Shown piece after piece: positions 37,543 through 47,173 of a stretch of DNA of 64,000 nucleotides. The stretch lies in the IMG/VR virus record IMGVR_UViG_3300022680_000058, positions 1-64,000 of that record; one strand, 5' to 3'. This DNA comes from a virus. A program made the position numbers and the translations under genes. Below the pieces are notes generated by a model, which saw only the letters and a program-made list of their open reading frames with translations, searched no databases and was not told where the DNA came from. Position 1 is the stretch's first letter. Each line of letters begins with the position of its first letter.

Positions 37543-37962
37543 TCACACCTTGTGCTTGTAAGGTTGTGCTGAAACTCTCGCCTGCATTTCTGTGGCGGCA
37601 GCCGTCGACAGGATCTCTATGTACTCATCGGCACACAAAACGATCTTGTCAGTGTTCGTCCACCTGTTCTCAGACGCAACAATTGAATCAAAGAGATAGT
37701 ACGAAAGAGACCCAGCAGACGTATTCCTGATGGCAACACTTTTTGTCGCAACACCATTGAAATTTACAACAATCTTCTCAACGACCCACAAGAGCTGGTT
37801 TGTGAACCCAAACTGAGCAATACCAAACCGGCCACCAACAGTGTCGATTGGATACGACCTGAGGCCAATATCTTCATCGTCGACCGGGTCTATTGCTGGG
37901 ACGGCACCATTCCAGTCATTGGTAGCCGTGATTCTCTGCTCGACAGTCGTTATGATAGCCAT
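37543..37962 (-). CDS. putative virion protein
   Basis: Beta-rich 139-aa ORF after the tube genes. Confidence 0.6.
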   Translation of the reverse strand: MAIITTVEQRITATNDWNGAVPAIDPVDDEDIGLRSYPIDTVGGRFGIAQFGFTNQLLWVVEKIVVNFNGVATKSVAIRNTSAGSLSYYLFDSIVASENRWTNTDKIVLCADEYIEILSTAAATEMQARVSAQPYKHKV

Positions 37963-37974
37963 CTCTACCCTACC

Positions 37975-38610
37975 TCAAAACCCTCTGACTCCAGCCGCAG
38001 AAAGGGACGCAGCCGTCAAAGAGAATGTTCTAGCCAACACTGGGGACAACGTAGCGACCGTCATCTCCACGACATCTTCAGGTTGTACTTCAAGCTCCTG
38101 AATCGAAACGTCGCTTGAATTGGCGTCGAAGTCACCACCAGCCTTGTATCTCGTTGGGAGACACGCTTGTAGAAACCACGCACGAGCCGGAAGCCTCGTC
38201 ACCAAACTTGTGATCGCCAGTTCATCTGGAAGGCTCCCAGAAGTGTCGCCATCCAGTGCAGCCGCCAACGGTCTGAACCCCATGAAATGGACCAGGACAA
38301 TGTTTCTCCTCAGGGGTTGCTTCCCCTTCACGGCATTGTTCATCCAGATCCAAAAATCGCTGTCATAGAACCGAGACCCACGAGAAAGGACAACAGGCGC
38401 CACATCCGCCGACTTCACTGCCCTCTTCTTATACTCCCAATTCCCCGGTTGGACCTCTCTGAGCTCCAAAGACACCTCTGGAGCACTGCATGCCGAGAAT
38501 CCAAGGGCAGGATCAAAAATCGAGAACAATGGATTTCCAGAGAAGCCGCTGGCATCGAATGCCCAGAACGGATAGAGCTGGAGCATGTCGAGGTATCTGA
38601 GCCGTGGCAA
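37975..38610 (-). CDS. tail tube protein paralog 2 (gp19-like)
   Basis: GFSACSAPE..LSRG..FWIW..P.RYKAG.DFDANSSDVSIQELEV; TTG start. Confidence 0.8.
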   Translation of the reverse strand: MPRLRYLDMLQLYPFWAFDASGFSGNPLFSIFDPALGFSACSAPEVSLELREVQPGNWEYKKRAVKSADVAPVVLSRGSRFYDSDFWIWMNNAVKGKQPLRRNIVLVHFMGFRPLAAALDGDTSGSLPDELAITSLVTRLPARAWFLQACLPTRYKAGGDFDANSSDVSIQELEVQPEDVVEMTVATLSPVLARTFSLTAASLSAAGVRGF

Positions 38611-38690
38611 TGATTGACCCTCCTCGACAATCTTACATCACGACAGCCATCCAGGCCAAGCCGTGACTCTGAGCCGTGGGAAAAGTTACT

Positions 38691-39275
38691 TTAGGCAGCG
38701 GGCCTTTCGACGTCAACTCGCTCCAGAGAGACGTCGAGCTCAGCGATAGAGATGTCACTCGTGGTGGCATCGAGGTCGCCTGCGAGCTTGACCCTGGCCG
38801 GAGAACACTCTCGACACTTGTAGATTTTCGACACGATTCCGTCGCCCGTCACATCGATGTTCGCCCCCTTCGAGGTATCCTGAACGCTTTCCAGGGCGGG
38901 ACGCTGAACATGGAAAATGTTCATGTCACACCGGTACTCGTTCCCCTCGATGGCGGCGAGAACCCAGTTGAAGAACGCGGTGTCGTTCCGAGCGACACCT
39001 CTCTGAAGAGTGATGTCTGCGATCGTTGGAACGCCTGGGAACTTCATCGTGTAGACACGAATGCCTTCACGGTACTCTGCCTGCTCGACGGTGATTTCAG
39101 GAATCGTCACAGAGCTGAACCCTGCCTCGGAACCCTCACCAATCACATATCCCGCCTCAGTCCCATCCGGCTGAAGGATATCAGTGGCACCTGCGCCCGG
39201 AATCGTCGGCGCGTTGACCGACCTGACGTGATACCGGAAATTGTGAAGCGGATCTGACGCTGCTGCTCGTGGCAT
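38691..39275 (-). CDS. major tail tube protein (gp19-like)
   Basis: DPLHNFRY..AGFS..EYREG..KFPG..ITLQRG..DLDATTSDISIAEL motifs. Confidence 0.9.
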   Translation of the reverse strand: MPRAAASDPLHNFRYHVRSVNAPTIPGAGATDILQPDGTEAGYVIGEGSEAGFSSVTIPEITVEQAEYREGIRVYTMKFPGVPTIADITLQRGVARNDTAFFNWVLAAIEGNEYRCDMNIFHVQRPALESVQDTSKGANIDVTGDGIVSKIYKCRECSPARVKLAGDLDATTSDISIAELDVSLERVDVERPAA

Positions 39276-39298
39276 GCCTCTCCCTCTACCCTCGCCCC

Positions 39299-39850
39299 CT
39301 AGTAATCGGGGGTCAACACAACGCTACGACCAATCAGATCGCCGAGCGTCGAACTCCTACCCTGGCCACTCTCGACGGGAGACGGAAGCATCTGAATACG
39401 CCTCACGAACTCGGCGAGTGTCATGGGCTGCTCTGCCATCTCCTCCGCAATGAGGTTGTAGAGAGACGGCCACTTCTCCACCAATTCCAGAACGTAACCA
39501 GCGATGTCGAGGTATCTGTACCGAGAGACACTCTCTCCACCGCCAGGCTGCCTCATGCTTCGTCCGATAGGCGCCGTGGGGAGCATATCCTTGAGGTCGA
39601 CTCCCTCACGAGCCAATCGTGAAGCGTAAGCGATGCCGTAAGGCGCTGTAGCGTTCCTCTGAACCCACCGAGCCCACTCAGACTCCGTGAGATCCTGATG
39701 GCCCACAACGAAGACAGGGAGCACACCGAAGGCAGACCTCCCTGGGTAGTCCTCGTTGGTGAGCTTCGCGAGCTTCACGATCAGCCCTTCGCAGTCCGGA
39801 GGACCGGGGCGAATGGCCGATTCGAGTTGTTCTGACAAACGACGCCCCAC
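39299..39850 (-). CDS. hypothetical protein
   Basis: GAGGAGG RBS; MGRRLSEQLE|S leader-like start. Confidence 0.65.
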   Translation of the reverse strand: MGRRLSEQLESAIRPGPPDCEGLIVKLAKLTNEDYPGRSAFGVLPVFVVGHQDLTESEWARWVQRNATAPYGIAYASRLAREGVDLKDMLPTAPIGRSMRQPGGGESVSRYRYLDIAGYVLELVEKWPSLYNLIAEEMAEQPMTLAEFVRRIQMLPSPVESGQGRSSTLGDLIGRSVVLTPDY

Positions 39851-39879
39851 AGCTCACCTCCTCACCAAACGAAAGATGC

Positions 39880-40284
39880 TCACACCACCGTGGCCAGGTT
39901 GTCGTAGAAGTTCAACCAAGCCGCCGCCGCTGCATCGTAGTACGCCGGAACACCGGTACCAGCACCAACACCCTCGGCAGCCTTTCGTCCGTCGGAGACG
40001 AAAGCCACTCGACCGTTGAAGCCAGTCGGGAGATTGGCGAAGGTGTAGATCGGGAGCGACCCGAACACGAGTGAACCCTGGGTGGCAATCGCAGCGTCGC
40101 CAGTCCCGGAGGTCATGCTGACGGTGAGGTCACCAGCGACCACTCCGGCCTTGATAACCTCGTTCCCATCGATGTCCGCCACAGTGATACCGGACCAAGT
40201 CTTCGACTCACCGGCAGGGATGTTGATGTTCGGCCCAGGGATGAATTTCGCCTCGGCGCTCGCATTGGTGATTACCGCGTCCAT
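39880..40284 (-). CDS. putative head/tail decoration protein
   Basis: ATG at 40284 with RBS; small-residue beta-rich; N-terminus similar to 5452-5709. Confidence 0.65.
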   Translation of the reverse strand: MDAVITNASAEAKFIPGPNINIPAGESKTWSGITVADIDGNEVIKAGVVAGDLTVSMTSGTGDAAIATQGSLVFGSLPIYTFANLPTGFNGRVAFVSDGRKAAEGVGAGTGVPAYYDAAAAAWLNFYDNLATVV

Positions 40285-40304
40285 ATCTGCCCTCGCTCCT
40301 GAAA

Positions 40305-40322
40305 TGGGCAATCAATTGCCCA
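40305..40322. repeat. dispersed palindrome copy 3 (inverted orientation)
   Basis: TGGGCAATCAATTGCCCA, intergenic. Confidence 0.9.
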
Positions 40323-40332
40323 CCTCGTGTTG

Positions 40333-40737
40333 TTACCCGATCTTCCCTGCCCGCCTTCCGAGATAGGCGCAGAAGGCAGCCGGGTCCTTGACTCCAGAAC
40401 AGCACGCCTCGACGTACTTCTCACAGGTGTCAAAGGCGTCGCCTTTCCCACCCTTGAAGTCGCCCTTGGCGGTGCGATACTTCTTCCCGCACTCGCTGTC
40501 GCACTTCATGGCTTCTGTGAGCGCCATGGAGAGGATCTCCGGGTCGAGACCCATCACGCCAGCCATGTCCTCAGCAACAAACTGAGACGCCTCTTGAAGG
40601 TGCCAGCAAGGAGCCTCAGGACCATCACACCCTTCGTCGTCCTCGGTGAAGAGGTTTTCGTCATCCTCTTCATGGATCTGTTCATGGGAGTCATCTCCCT
40701 GAATGATGTTCCTGAGCTCCTCTGCCAACGACTTCAT
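40333..40737 (-). CDS. Cys-rich protein with acidic leader, candidate internal head protein
   Basis: MKSLAEELRNIIQ start; LQE/LTE sites; FDTCEKYV..KDPAAFC motif. Confidence 0.65.
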   Translation of the reverse strand: MKSLAEELRNIIQGDDSHEQIHEEDDENLFTEDDEGCDGPEAPCWHLQEASQFVAEDMAGVMGLDPEILSMALTEAMKCDSECGKKYRTAKGDFKGGKGDAFDTCEKYVEACCSGVKDPAAFCAYLGRRAGKIG

Positions 40738-40772
40738 TTCAACACCTCAATCCGCTACCATGACACGAATGA

Positions 40773-43403
40773 CTATTCCGAAGAGCTGAAGATCTGCTCG
40801 AACCGGAACAGGAGAAATTCTCCAGGCTTGTTCACCGCGACATACACGTCACAGATGACCAGTCCATCCTCCTCGACGTTGGGAGGATTGTTGGTCTCAT
40901 CACAGATGACGGAAAACGCCTCCTGAGGCGTGTCACCCTTGAACAGCCCCTGCCCAAAGAGCGTCAACATGAAACTCTCGACGGACAGTTGAATGGTCTT
41001 CCTGAGGGACGAACCCACGTTCTCGAAAACGAACCCATGGGTACTGTTGAAGACCGAGACCTTCAGGAAGTTGAACAGCCTTCGAGCATGAATGAACCTG
41101 AAGTCCGATGGTGGATTCTCCAGAGTCCTTGCGCCCCACACACACCGCCCTGTCTGGGCAGTGTCCATGAGAGAGTTGACCTGCTTCGGGTGGAGAATAT
41201 CGAGCTCATCGAACTCCATGGTTCGTTCGAGACCGATGCTGAAATTCAGCTTGCCCTCGGTGACGCCAGCCGGAGCTCGACCCACAGATTTCGTGTTGTC
41301 CGTCCTAGCATACACACCAGCGATGTGCCCACCAGGAGGGATATTCACAGGAAGGTCCGTCACAGGGTCAGTGATCGTGATCCAAGGGTAGTACAGCGCG
41401 CCGTAACTGCTGTTCGCCCCGAGGTCATTGATCCTGTAACTCTGAGCCTGTTGAGGCGTGAGTCCCTCCGGAGTCGCCAGGATGATGAACCATTTCTCGT
41501 TCCGCTCGGCCTCTGTGAGCTGATCGAGGGACATCGTGACGTTTCCAGCCGCGTCAGGAATCGTGACGTTCTGGAGCTCGTTCGTCGGGAGCAAAGCGTA
41601 CATCCCTTCACGATCAGTGAGAAGGGTCGGGTCGGTGAGCTCGTTCCGAGTCACAGAGCCGGGAGACGCACCATCGGTACCACCGGCGGCATCCGTCTCA
41701 ACGAGACTGAGATCTGGTTGCTTGTAAAAGCTCGCCGTCGCGATCGACCCAGGAACGAGAACGGCAGGTCCGGCGCCGTGAGACGTCTCGGGCTCCTCGA
41801 TCTCCTGACCAGCGACGAGTCTGAACGCGAAGTGTCCGGTCGTGTAGTTGATGACGTTGAGATTCGACGGGGCTGTCCCATCGACGTCACCAATCAGATT
41901 CCCGTCACCGTCATCAGTGATGGTCCTCGTATTGCCACCAACATCCGTGTAGGTGATACTGACGGACCCTTGCTGAACAGGTGCCTCCAGCGGAAGCGTC
42001 CGAACACCAACCGGAATCACAGCCGACGTCAGACCACCACCACCAGCAGTGCCGTCAGTGGAGCCGTAATCGAGAGTCGGTGTCGCAACCGGGATACCGC
42101 CGTTTCCGGCAGCACACTGGACCGACCTAGCGAAACCACTCAGACGAACGGGGGCGACATCCGCATTCGACGGCTCGGTGAGCTCGATGTAGTCCGACCC
42201 GACACCGGCATTGTTGAGCACACTTCCAACGTACCGAGCATCAGAAGTGTCAGTGAAGCTCAAATCCTCGAAAATCTCTTCGAGGCTGCCGTCAACGGTC
42301 ACCAAGACATCAAACCGAGAGTACGACGCAGTGCTCCTGGTGAAGTAGTCATCGTCCCCACGGATGTCGACGTCCACACCGTTGCCCCAGGTACCTCCAG
42401 AGATGACCGAGTAGTCCCAGATCACCTGCGAATAGCAGACTTCGATCGGGCACTTGTTGTACGGAGCAGGAGACCCAGCATTGATGATGAAACTCGCCTG
42501 CCCTGTCGTGTAGTCGATGGTGTCCGACACGCCCGTGAGGACAGTGTCAGTAGACGCCAATGTTCCGGCGCCGTCATCAAAGATGGTGACCAAGTCTCCA
42601 GCCGGGGTGAAGTCCGCCGTCACCGCAGCCGCTGCATCGGGAACACTCGCCGTCGTTGTCTCGAAAGACAAGTTGAAGACGCCTGTCGTGTAATCGATGT
42701 ACCCACGAGCGATGTTGCTCGTATCGTAGAGAATACCGATTCCCTCTTGAGCTGGAGCCGGGGCATGAACCGCGTCATCACCATAGGTCACAGCGCCAGC
42801 GCTGACCAGCGTATTGATCGTCACTGACCCAGGAACGATCTTCGCGTCGTTCGCAACGACAATCCGGCTGATCATTGCATCGTTCGACGCCGCAGAAACA
42901 CCAGCCACACCATCAGGGACGGGAACAGGAGTCAGGGCCTGAGCCACAACCGGAGTCCCTGCTTCATAGTAGGTGATAGAGACACCACCAGGAGCAGGTG
43001 TGACTTGTTGGATCGGGAGTCCAGAAATGGCTGTGAGAGGAGTACCACCCGAAGAAAAGTCCTGCGTGGTACCATCACCCACACCAATCTGCTCCTCACA
43101 GACTGGATTCGTGAGCTCTCCGACAGCAGTCGCCGCGTCGGACGGGATCACACGAACGACATACGCTCGACGACCGCCATTCGCGAAAAACGCATAGACG
43201 TGTGTTGGAACCTGGCTCAGTGCGGTGAACGTCCCGAACTCTTCCGAGAAAGAGGTGTAGTTCGTCTTGAGCGTGGCTACGTTTGTCGGACCCTTGGTCG
43301 TGAAGCCGACGATGCCCATGTTCGACGTGGAAACGCCTTGAATCGGGGTCAACCCACTCGCGCGTTCCTCGACATACACGCCGGGATGGAGGTATTCTGC
43401 CAT
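40773..43403 (-). CDS. tail sheath protein
   Basis: YLHPGVYVEE, FFANGG, ALYYPWI, PPGGHIAGVYARTD, VWGARTL, KPGEF motifs. Confidence 0.95.
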   Translation of the reverse strand: MAEYLHPGVYVEERASGLTPIQGVSTSNMGIVGFTTKGPTNVATLKTNYTSFSEEFGTFTALSQVPTHVYAFFANGGRRAYVVRVIPSDAATAVGELTNPVCEEQIGVGDGTTQDFSSGGTPLTAISGLPIQQVTPAPGGVSITYYEAGTPVVAQALTPVPVPDGVAGVSAASNDAMISRIVVANDAKIVPGSVTINTLVSAGAVTYGDDAVHAPAPAQEGIGILYDTSNIARGYIDYTTGVFNLSFETTTASVPDAAAAVTADFTPAGDLVTIFDDGAGTLASTDTVLTGVSDTIDYTTGQASFIINAGSPAPYNKCPIEVCYSQVIWDYSVISGGTWGNGVDVDIRGDDDYFTRSTASYSRFDVLVTVDGSLEEIFEDLSFTDTSDARYVGSVLNNAGVGSDYIELTEPSNADVAPVRLSGFARSVQCAAGNGGIPVATPTLDYGSTDGTAGGGGLTSAVIPVGVRTLPLEAPVQQGSVSITYTDVGGNTRTITDDGDGNLIGDVDGTAPSNLNVINYTTGHFAFRLVAGQEIEEPETSHGAGPAVLVPGSIATASFYKQPDLSLVETDAAGGTDGASPGSVTRNELTDPTLLTDREGMYALLPTNELQNVTIPDAAGNVTMSLDQLTEAERNEKWFIILATPEGLTPQQAQSYRINDLGANSSYGALYYPWITITDPVTDLPVNIPPGGHIAGVYARTDNTKSVGRAPAGVTEGKLNFSIGLERTMEFDELDILHPKQVNSLMDTAQTGRCVWGARTLENPPSDFRFIHARRLFNFLKVSVFNSTHGFVFENVGSSLRKTIQLSVESFMLTLFGQGLFKGDTPQEAFSVICDETNNPPNVEEDGLVICDVYVAVNKPGEFLLFRFEQIFSSSE

Positions 43404-43434
43404 GGTATCTTATCCCCTTCCGTCGTCGTGGGCT

Positions 43435-43833
43435 TCAGCCTCGACGCGCTTTCCTTTTCCTCTTTCCCTCCTTCTCCTGCTCCTGTTGCTCCTGCTCCTG
43501 TTGCTCCTCTTCAGAATCTTGCCTGGGAACCTCGGTTTTGGCAACCTTTTCTGAGGTCACCCCATGCTTCTCGCCATCCGAAACCCGCTCTTTTTCCGGC
43601 GCTTTCCTCGGCTCACTTTTCTCGACCTCGACGTTGGAACTCTCGTCCTTCGCCGGGGCCTCCTTTTCCGGAATCTGAAAAGACTTCAGAGGAACGATCT
43701 TCTTGATCCTCTTCAGGTGCGCCAGCTCCCTCGTGAGAGGTGACTCGAAATCCTGATTCGGAACCAAGACAGTCGGACCACCAGGTAGGTCAACAGACTT
43801 CGTGACCTTTCCAACATACCTCCACCACGCCAT
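43435..43833 (-). CDS. hypothetical protein with charged low-complexity tail
   Basis: Tiled upstream of the sheath gene; E/Q/K-rich. Confidence 0.65.
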   Translation of the reverse strand: MAWWRYVGKVTKSVDLPGGPTVLVPNQDFESPLTRELAHLKRIKKIVPLKSFQIPEKEAPAKDESSNVEVEKSEPRKAPEKERVSDGEKHGVTSEKVAKTEVPRQDSEEEQQEQEQQEQEKEGKRKRKARRG

Positions 43834-43850
43834 CCTACACCTCTCTCAGG

Positions 43851-44537
43851 TCAAACGAGACCTCTTGAGTTTACACTCGTGATCAAGTTTGGTGAAGTGG
43901 GGGCGACATACGGGTCGTGGAAATCGAGCTCACCCTCAACCCTGAGGGATATTGTCCAGCCCAATGTTCTGTCCGCCACATCAACAATCTCATCCAAGGT
44001 ATCCAGTGACTCCTGGAACGCATAGTACCCTCTCTCGGCGCCCACAGAGTCAATGAAATACACCTGCCCATACGGTCCGAACTTTTGGCCAACCTTCCGC
44101 AACATCAAGTCTGCCTGAGTCCTCAACCTGGCCCTTATGTGGACCTCATACATGATGTCATACGGGTCTGCCCATTGCTTGATTTCGAGAGCCGAAGGCC
44201 CCTGAACACCACCAGACGAAGTCACAGTCTTTGATGTGGCAGCCGGTGTGTAATACTCACGACCACCTGGGTTCCTTCGTTGAGGAGCATGGTTGAGCGC
44301 TGTCCTCGAAACAACAATGTTTGGAAGAAGCTCGTTCTGATACGTCGCCTCTGGCTCTTGAAAGTAGATCGGAATATACCCACCATACTCGTCCGGCCCG
44401 AGAACATTGTCAATTCTGACCGCATAGACCTGAACAGTCTCACCGTCGAACTCGTGCGGGATCAACTCTCCACCCGCTGTCCGAATCATCCCCTCGTCAA
44501 AATCACGAAGGAAGACTATTCCTGTTCTGGCACTCAT
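43851..44537 (-). CDS. tail terminator / sheath stabiliser (gp15/Pvc16-like)
   Basis: LRDFDEG..LPNIVVSR..PYDIMYEVHIRA..Q motif and position. Confidence 0.65.
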   Translation of the reverse strand: MSARTGIVFLRDFDEGMIRTAGGELIPHEFDGETVQVYAVRIDNVLGPDEYGGYIPIYFQEPEATYQNELLPNIVVSRTALNHAPQRRNPGGREYYTPAATSKTVTSSGGVQGPSALEIKQWADPYDIMYEVHIRARLRTQADLMLRKVGQKFGPYGQVYFIDSVGAERGYYAFQESLDTLDEIVDVADRTLGWTISLRVEGELDFHDPYVAPTSPNLITSVNSRGLV

Positions 44538-45337
44538 CCCAACCCCATTGATACGAGCTCTTGAAATCGACGGACACGCTTCGCTGACGACGCCTTCTCG
44601 AACGGAAGATCATTGGCAGTCTTGTACCCTCTGTCCGATGGCACAGCTACCCAACCCTCGAACCTCTTGAAAATATGCTTCAGATCTGTCCCGATCACCA
44701 TCCTGAGCGCCGGTCTCCAATGAGCTCTTCCTGGGTTCGGTGGAATCCCGAACTCGTACCTGAGCACCTCGAAGGCAACATCGCGAGACACCTTCCTCGA
44801 AATAGACACCTTCTGTTTCGTTCTGACAGTGACTCCAAGCGCCCTGAGCTCAGTCTCTACAGACTCAAGATTCTTCCGTCTGTCCCTCTCAATCGCTTTC
44901 GCCTCCCTCTCAGAGACGAACCTGGACACCACCTCAGCCTCCCGACGTTTTGGCTCGTATGGGATCGTGTCCATGGTCCACGGATTCTCTCGTTCGAGAA
45001 CAACAGTTGCTGGCTCGACCGCCTCACCACCGCGAATCTTCGGGATGACGTAGAGCACTGTCCGCTTCACATCCGACGCCCTTAGCTTGTGAAGCATCTT
45101 CTGTGGAGCGAATATGCCAGCGATCTCCCAATCGTTCTCTTTTGGGAGGCTCATAACTCGAAGACCGTCAGGGTATCCTTCAATCCCCTTCGGAGCTCCC
45201 TCTTTGACCCGCTCCAAAGTTTCTTTGGCGACCTCTTGTGGGAACGTCTTGATGATAGCGACCACACGTTCTGGTAGCTCGTTGACGAGCTTCAACGTTC
45301 GCTTATTCTCCTTGAGTGGCGTAACAGTGAGCTTCAT
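44534..45337 (-). CDS. putative tail completion / head-tail joining protein
   Basis: C-terminal YEFG..RAHWRPAL resembles the HK97 gp10-like motif; position fits. Confidence 0.5.
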   Translation of the reverse strand: MKLTVTPLKENKRTLKLVNELPERVVAIIKTFPQEVAKETLERVKEGAPKGIEGYPDGLRVMSLPKENDWEIAGIFAPQKMLHKLRASDVKRTVLYVIPKIRGGEAVEPATVVLERENPWTMDTIPYEPKRREAEVVSRFVSEREAKAIERDRRKNLESVETELRALGVTVRTKQKVSISRKVSRDVAFEVLRYEFGIPPNPGRAHWRPALRMVIGTDLKHIFKRFEGWVAVPSDRGYKTANDLPFEKASSAKRVRRFQELVSMGLG

Positions 45338-45419
45338 TGTTTCAACCCGTCATGACCCATGCGCGACAACCTGGACTCGTAGAGGCATCTCATCGACACC
45401 GCGAGAGCTGGCTGAGAGC

Positions 45420-45770
45420 CTACACTTCTGTTGGCTCCTGGATTGGTTTCTTTTCCTCACCAGGCCACCGCCAATACAAACCATGAGCTGGTTGCACTGA
45501 AACATGAACGATGCTGGTATGCCCCTTCTCGGTCTGACGACCATAGGGGTCCTGCTTCGACTTATCTCGTGCTACACGAACAGCATTGATGCACGGCATA
45601 CATCCGTTGAGCTTGACGTCTCCGTGCACGGCTAGCACCAAAGCATTTTGGTCTACGCCTTCAGGGTCCGTAAAGATGACGACATCTCCAACGTGAGGTT
45701 GTCTCCGATCCATTATCTCTTGCTCCTTCTGCGACCTTGTTGCCGCGCAGGAGTCATGACGATCACTCAT
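45420..45770 (-). CDS. conserved phage hypothetical protein
   Basis: PHVGDVVIF..ALVLAVH..TSIVH..WRWP pattern. Confidence 0.65.
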   Translation of the reverse strand: MSDRHDSCAATRSQKEQEIMDRRQPHVGDVVIFTDPEGVDQNALVLAVHGDVKLNGCMPCINAVRVARDKSKQDPYGRQTEKGHTSIVHVSVQPAHGLYWRWPGEEKKPIQEPTEV

Positions 45771-46096
45771 TTCTGGCCAACCGGAACCATGGCGTGCGGA
45801 GACTTCGGGCGAAGCATCTCCACATGCTCATCGCACGCCCCGACCATCCCCCCATCCTTCGCTTCGACGAGGTTGGTCGAATCCTTCCCACACCTGAAAC
45901 ACAAAGAGGCAATTGATTGCCTGCTCAATGGACCTCTATATGATGGGAACGACATACCACTGAGAGGACCACCACACTCCCCGTCGCCCAGTGCATCCCT
46001 ACACGAAGCCGAGTTCTCGCCTGTTGGCGCCATCCTCTCACAGCACGAGCACACGAATGAGTAACCCTGCTTCATGAACCTTTCCGTCTGGATCAT
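45767..46096 (-). CDS. Cys-rich Zn-binding protein
   Basis: CSCC, C..CGG, CFRC, CDEH; GGAGGGAG RBS. Confidence 0.6.
   Translation of the reverse strand: MIQTERFMKQGYSFVCSCCERMAPTGENSASCRDALGDGECGGPLSGMSFPSYRGPLSRQSIASLCFRCGKDSTNLVEAKDGGMVGACDEHVEMLRPKSPHAMVPVGQK
45907..45922. repeat. dispersed palindrome copy 4
   Basis: AGGCAATTGATTGCCT, with a symmetric change at both outer positions; inside a CDS. Confidence 0.9.
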
Positions 46097-46112
46097 ACTC
46101 CTACTCCCTCCT

Positions 46113-46538
46113 CTACAACATACTCCGACCACCACCTGAAACCACTGGCCACTTCCCTCCCTGGTATGGGTTCGGCTTCAAAACGTTCCTGACATACAAG
46201 TCCTTCACCCGATCGAGCCGAGACTTCTCCATGTCAGGGGGTGGGACGACCCACACAAGATACTTTTCCGGGTCCACATCCACTTCGAGAGTCGTCCCCG
46301 ACGAAACGTCTCGAACCCGAACAACACCAATGGCAGGATCAACCTGAGTGATTCGACCATGCTTGATGATGTTCTTCCCCTTCTTTGACCTCACAGTGAC
46401 CAACTGCCCAGCCATCAGGTTTACCCGCTCTGCCGCCTCCTCCAGCCTCGCAGAGTTTTCCACGATGTCAGAGACCTCGGATTCCTGTAAGGCTACAATC
46501 GCCTCTCTGAGGACCGCATTGATGCGCTGAACATCCAT
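46113..46538 (-). CDS. leader-tagged protein (MDVQRINAVLREAIVALQE), SH3-like payload
   Basis: Shared leader; GQLVTV..GRITQVD..VRVRD beta barrel. Confidence 0.75.
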   Translation of the reverse strand: MDVQRINAVLREAIVALQESEVSDIVENSARLEEAAERVNLMAGQLVTVRSKKGKNIIKHGRITQVDPAIGVVRVRDVSSGTTLEVDVDPEKYLVWVVPPPDMEKSRLDRVKDLYVRNVLKPNPYQGGKWPVVSGGGRSML

Positions 46539-47173
46539 CAGACCGGAACTCCCTCGTAGCCAATGACACCCTTGATGTCCATGACCATCTCTCCGACCTT
46601 ATCGACCTGTGATTGGGCAAATGTTCTGGCGTCACCCTTCGATGATGTGAAGAAGATTCCGCGAGACCCCCATCCGCGTCTCACTGTCTTGACATAGACA
46701 GCACTTTCCCGCTCCTTTGACACCTTGATCAGAAATCTCTTCTTTCCACCCTTGCTGGCGCCCCCACCCTGAGCTTCGAGTTCTGCCAAAGTTTCACGAC
46801 CGAGCTGTGTAATGGACCACTTCTCAATCTCGGAGCCATCATCGTCACCCTTGTAGACCTCCATCACAATGAGGCCAAGATCCTCCATCTTGTAGAGGGT
46901 TGGAGTGAACATCCCCGTGATTGCTTTCGTGCCCATCGGGGTCGTGTACCACTTCCAGTAGTACCCAGTCCCAGGGTGCCTGGTGTAGAGGGTCCCATGG
47001 TCAGCAAGGTTTCTGAGCGTCTGCACAGCCTTTGGGGCGAGCCTTGGGAGCTTCTTCCCCTTCCGCCCTTTACCCTTGCTCGACAACTGTTTTGGCGTCG
47101 GAATTTCGTATCCACCGAGCTTCGTCTCACTAATTGCCGCATGAAGTTGTGCTGAAAGTTTAGGCATCATCAA
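46538..47173 (-). CDS. tagged basic protein with winged-helix-like payload
   Basis: AISE|TKLGGYEIPTP, K-rich linker, TLYKMEDLGLI..WSITQLGRETL. Confidence 0.7.
   Translation of the reverse strand: MMMPKLSAQLHAAISETKLGGYEIPTPKQLSSKGKGRKGKKLPRLAPKAVQTLRNLADHGTLYTRHPGTGYYWKWYTTPMGTKAITGMFTPTLYKMEDLGLIVMEVYKGDDDGSEIEKWSITQLGRETLAELEAQGGGASKGGKKRFLIKVSKERESAVYVKTVRRGWGSRGIFFTSSKGDARTFAQSQVDKVGEMVMDIKGVIGYEGVPV

Noticed and set aside
40989-42827. 612-aa + strand ORF (likewise 53669-54769, 8661-9995, 18477-19457 and many shorter ones)
   Set aside because: These are antisense shadows of clear - strand genes such as sheath and capsid, caused by codon bias. They have no recognisable protein motifs.
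43470-43515. Short CTCCTG/TTG repeats
   Set aside because: They only encode a low-complexity EQQEQ stretch.
8166-44537. Interpretation as a bacterial eCIS or tailocin locus
   Set aside because: Terminase, portal, protease and major capsid genes are present in the same orientation, so this is a complete phage morphogenesis region.
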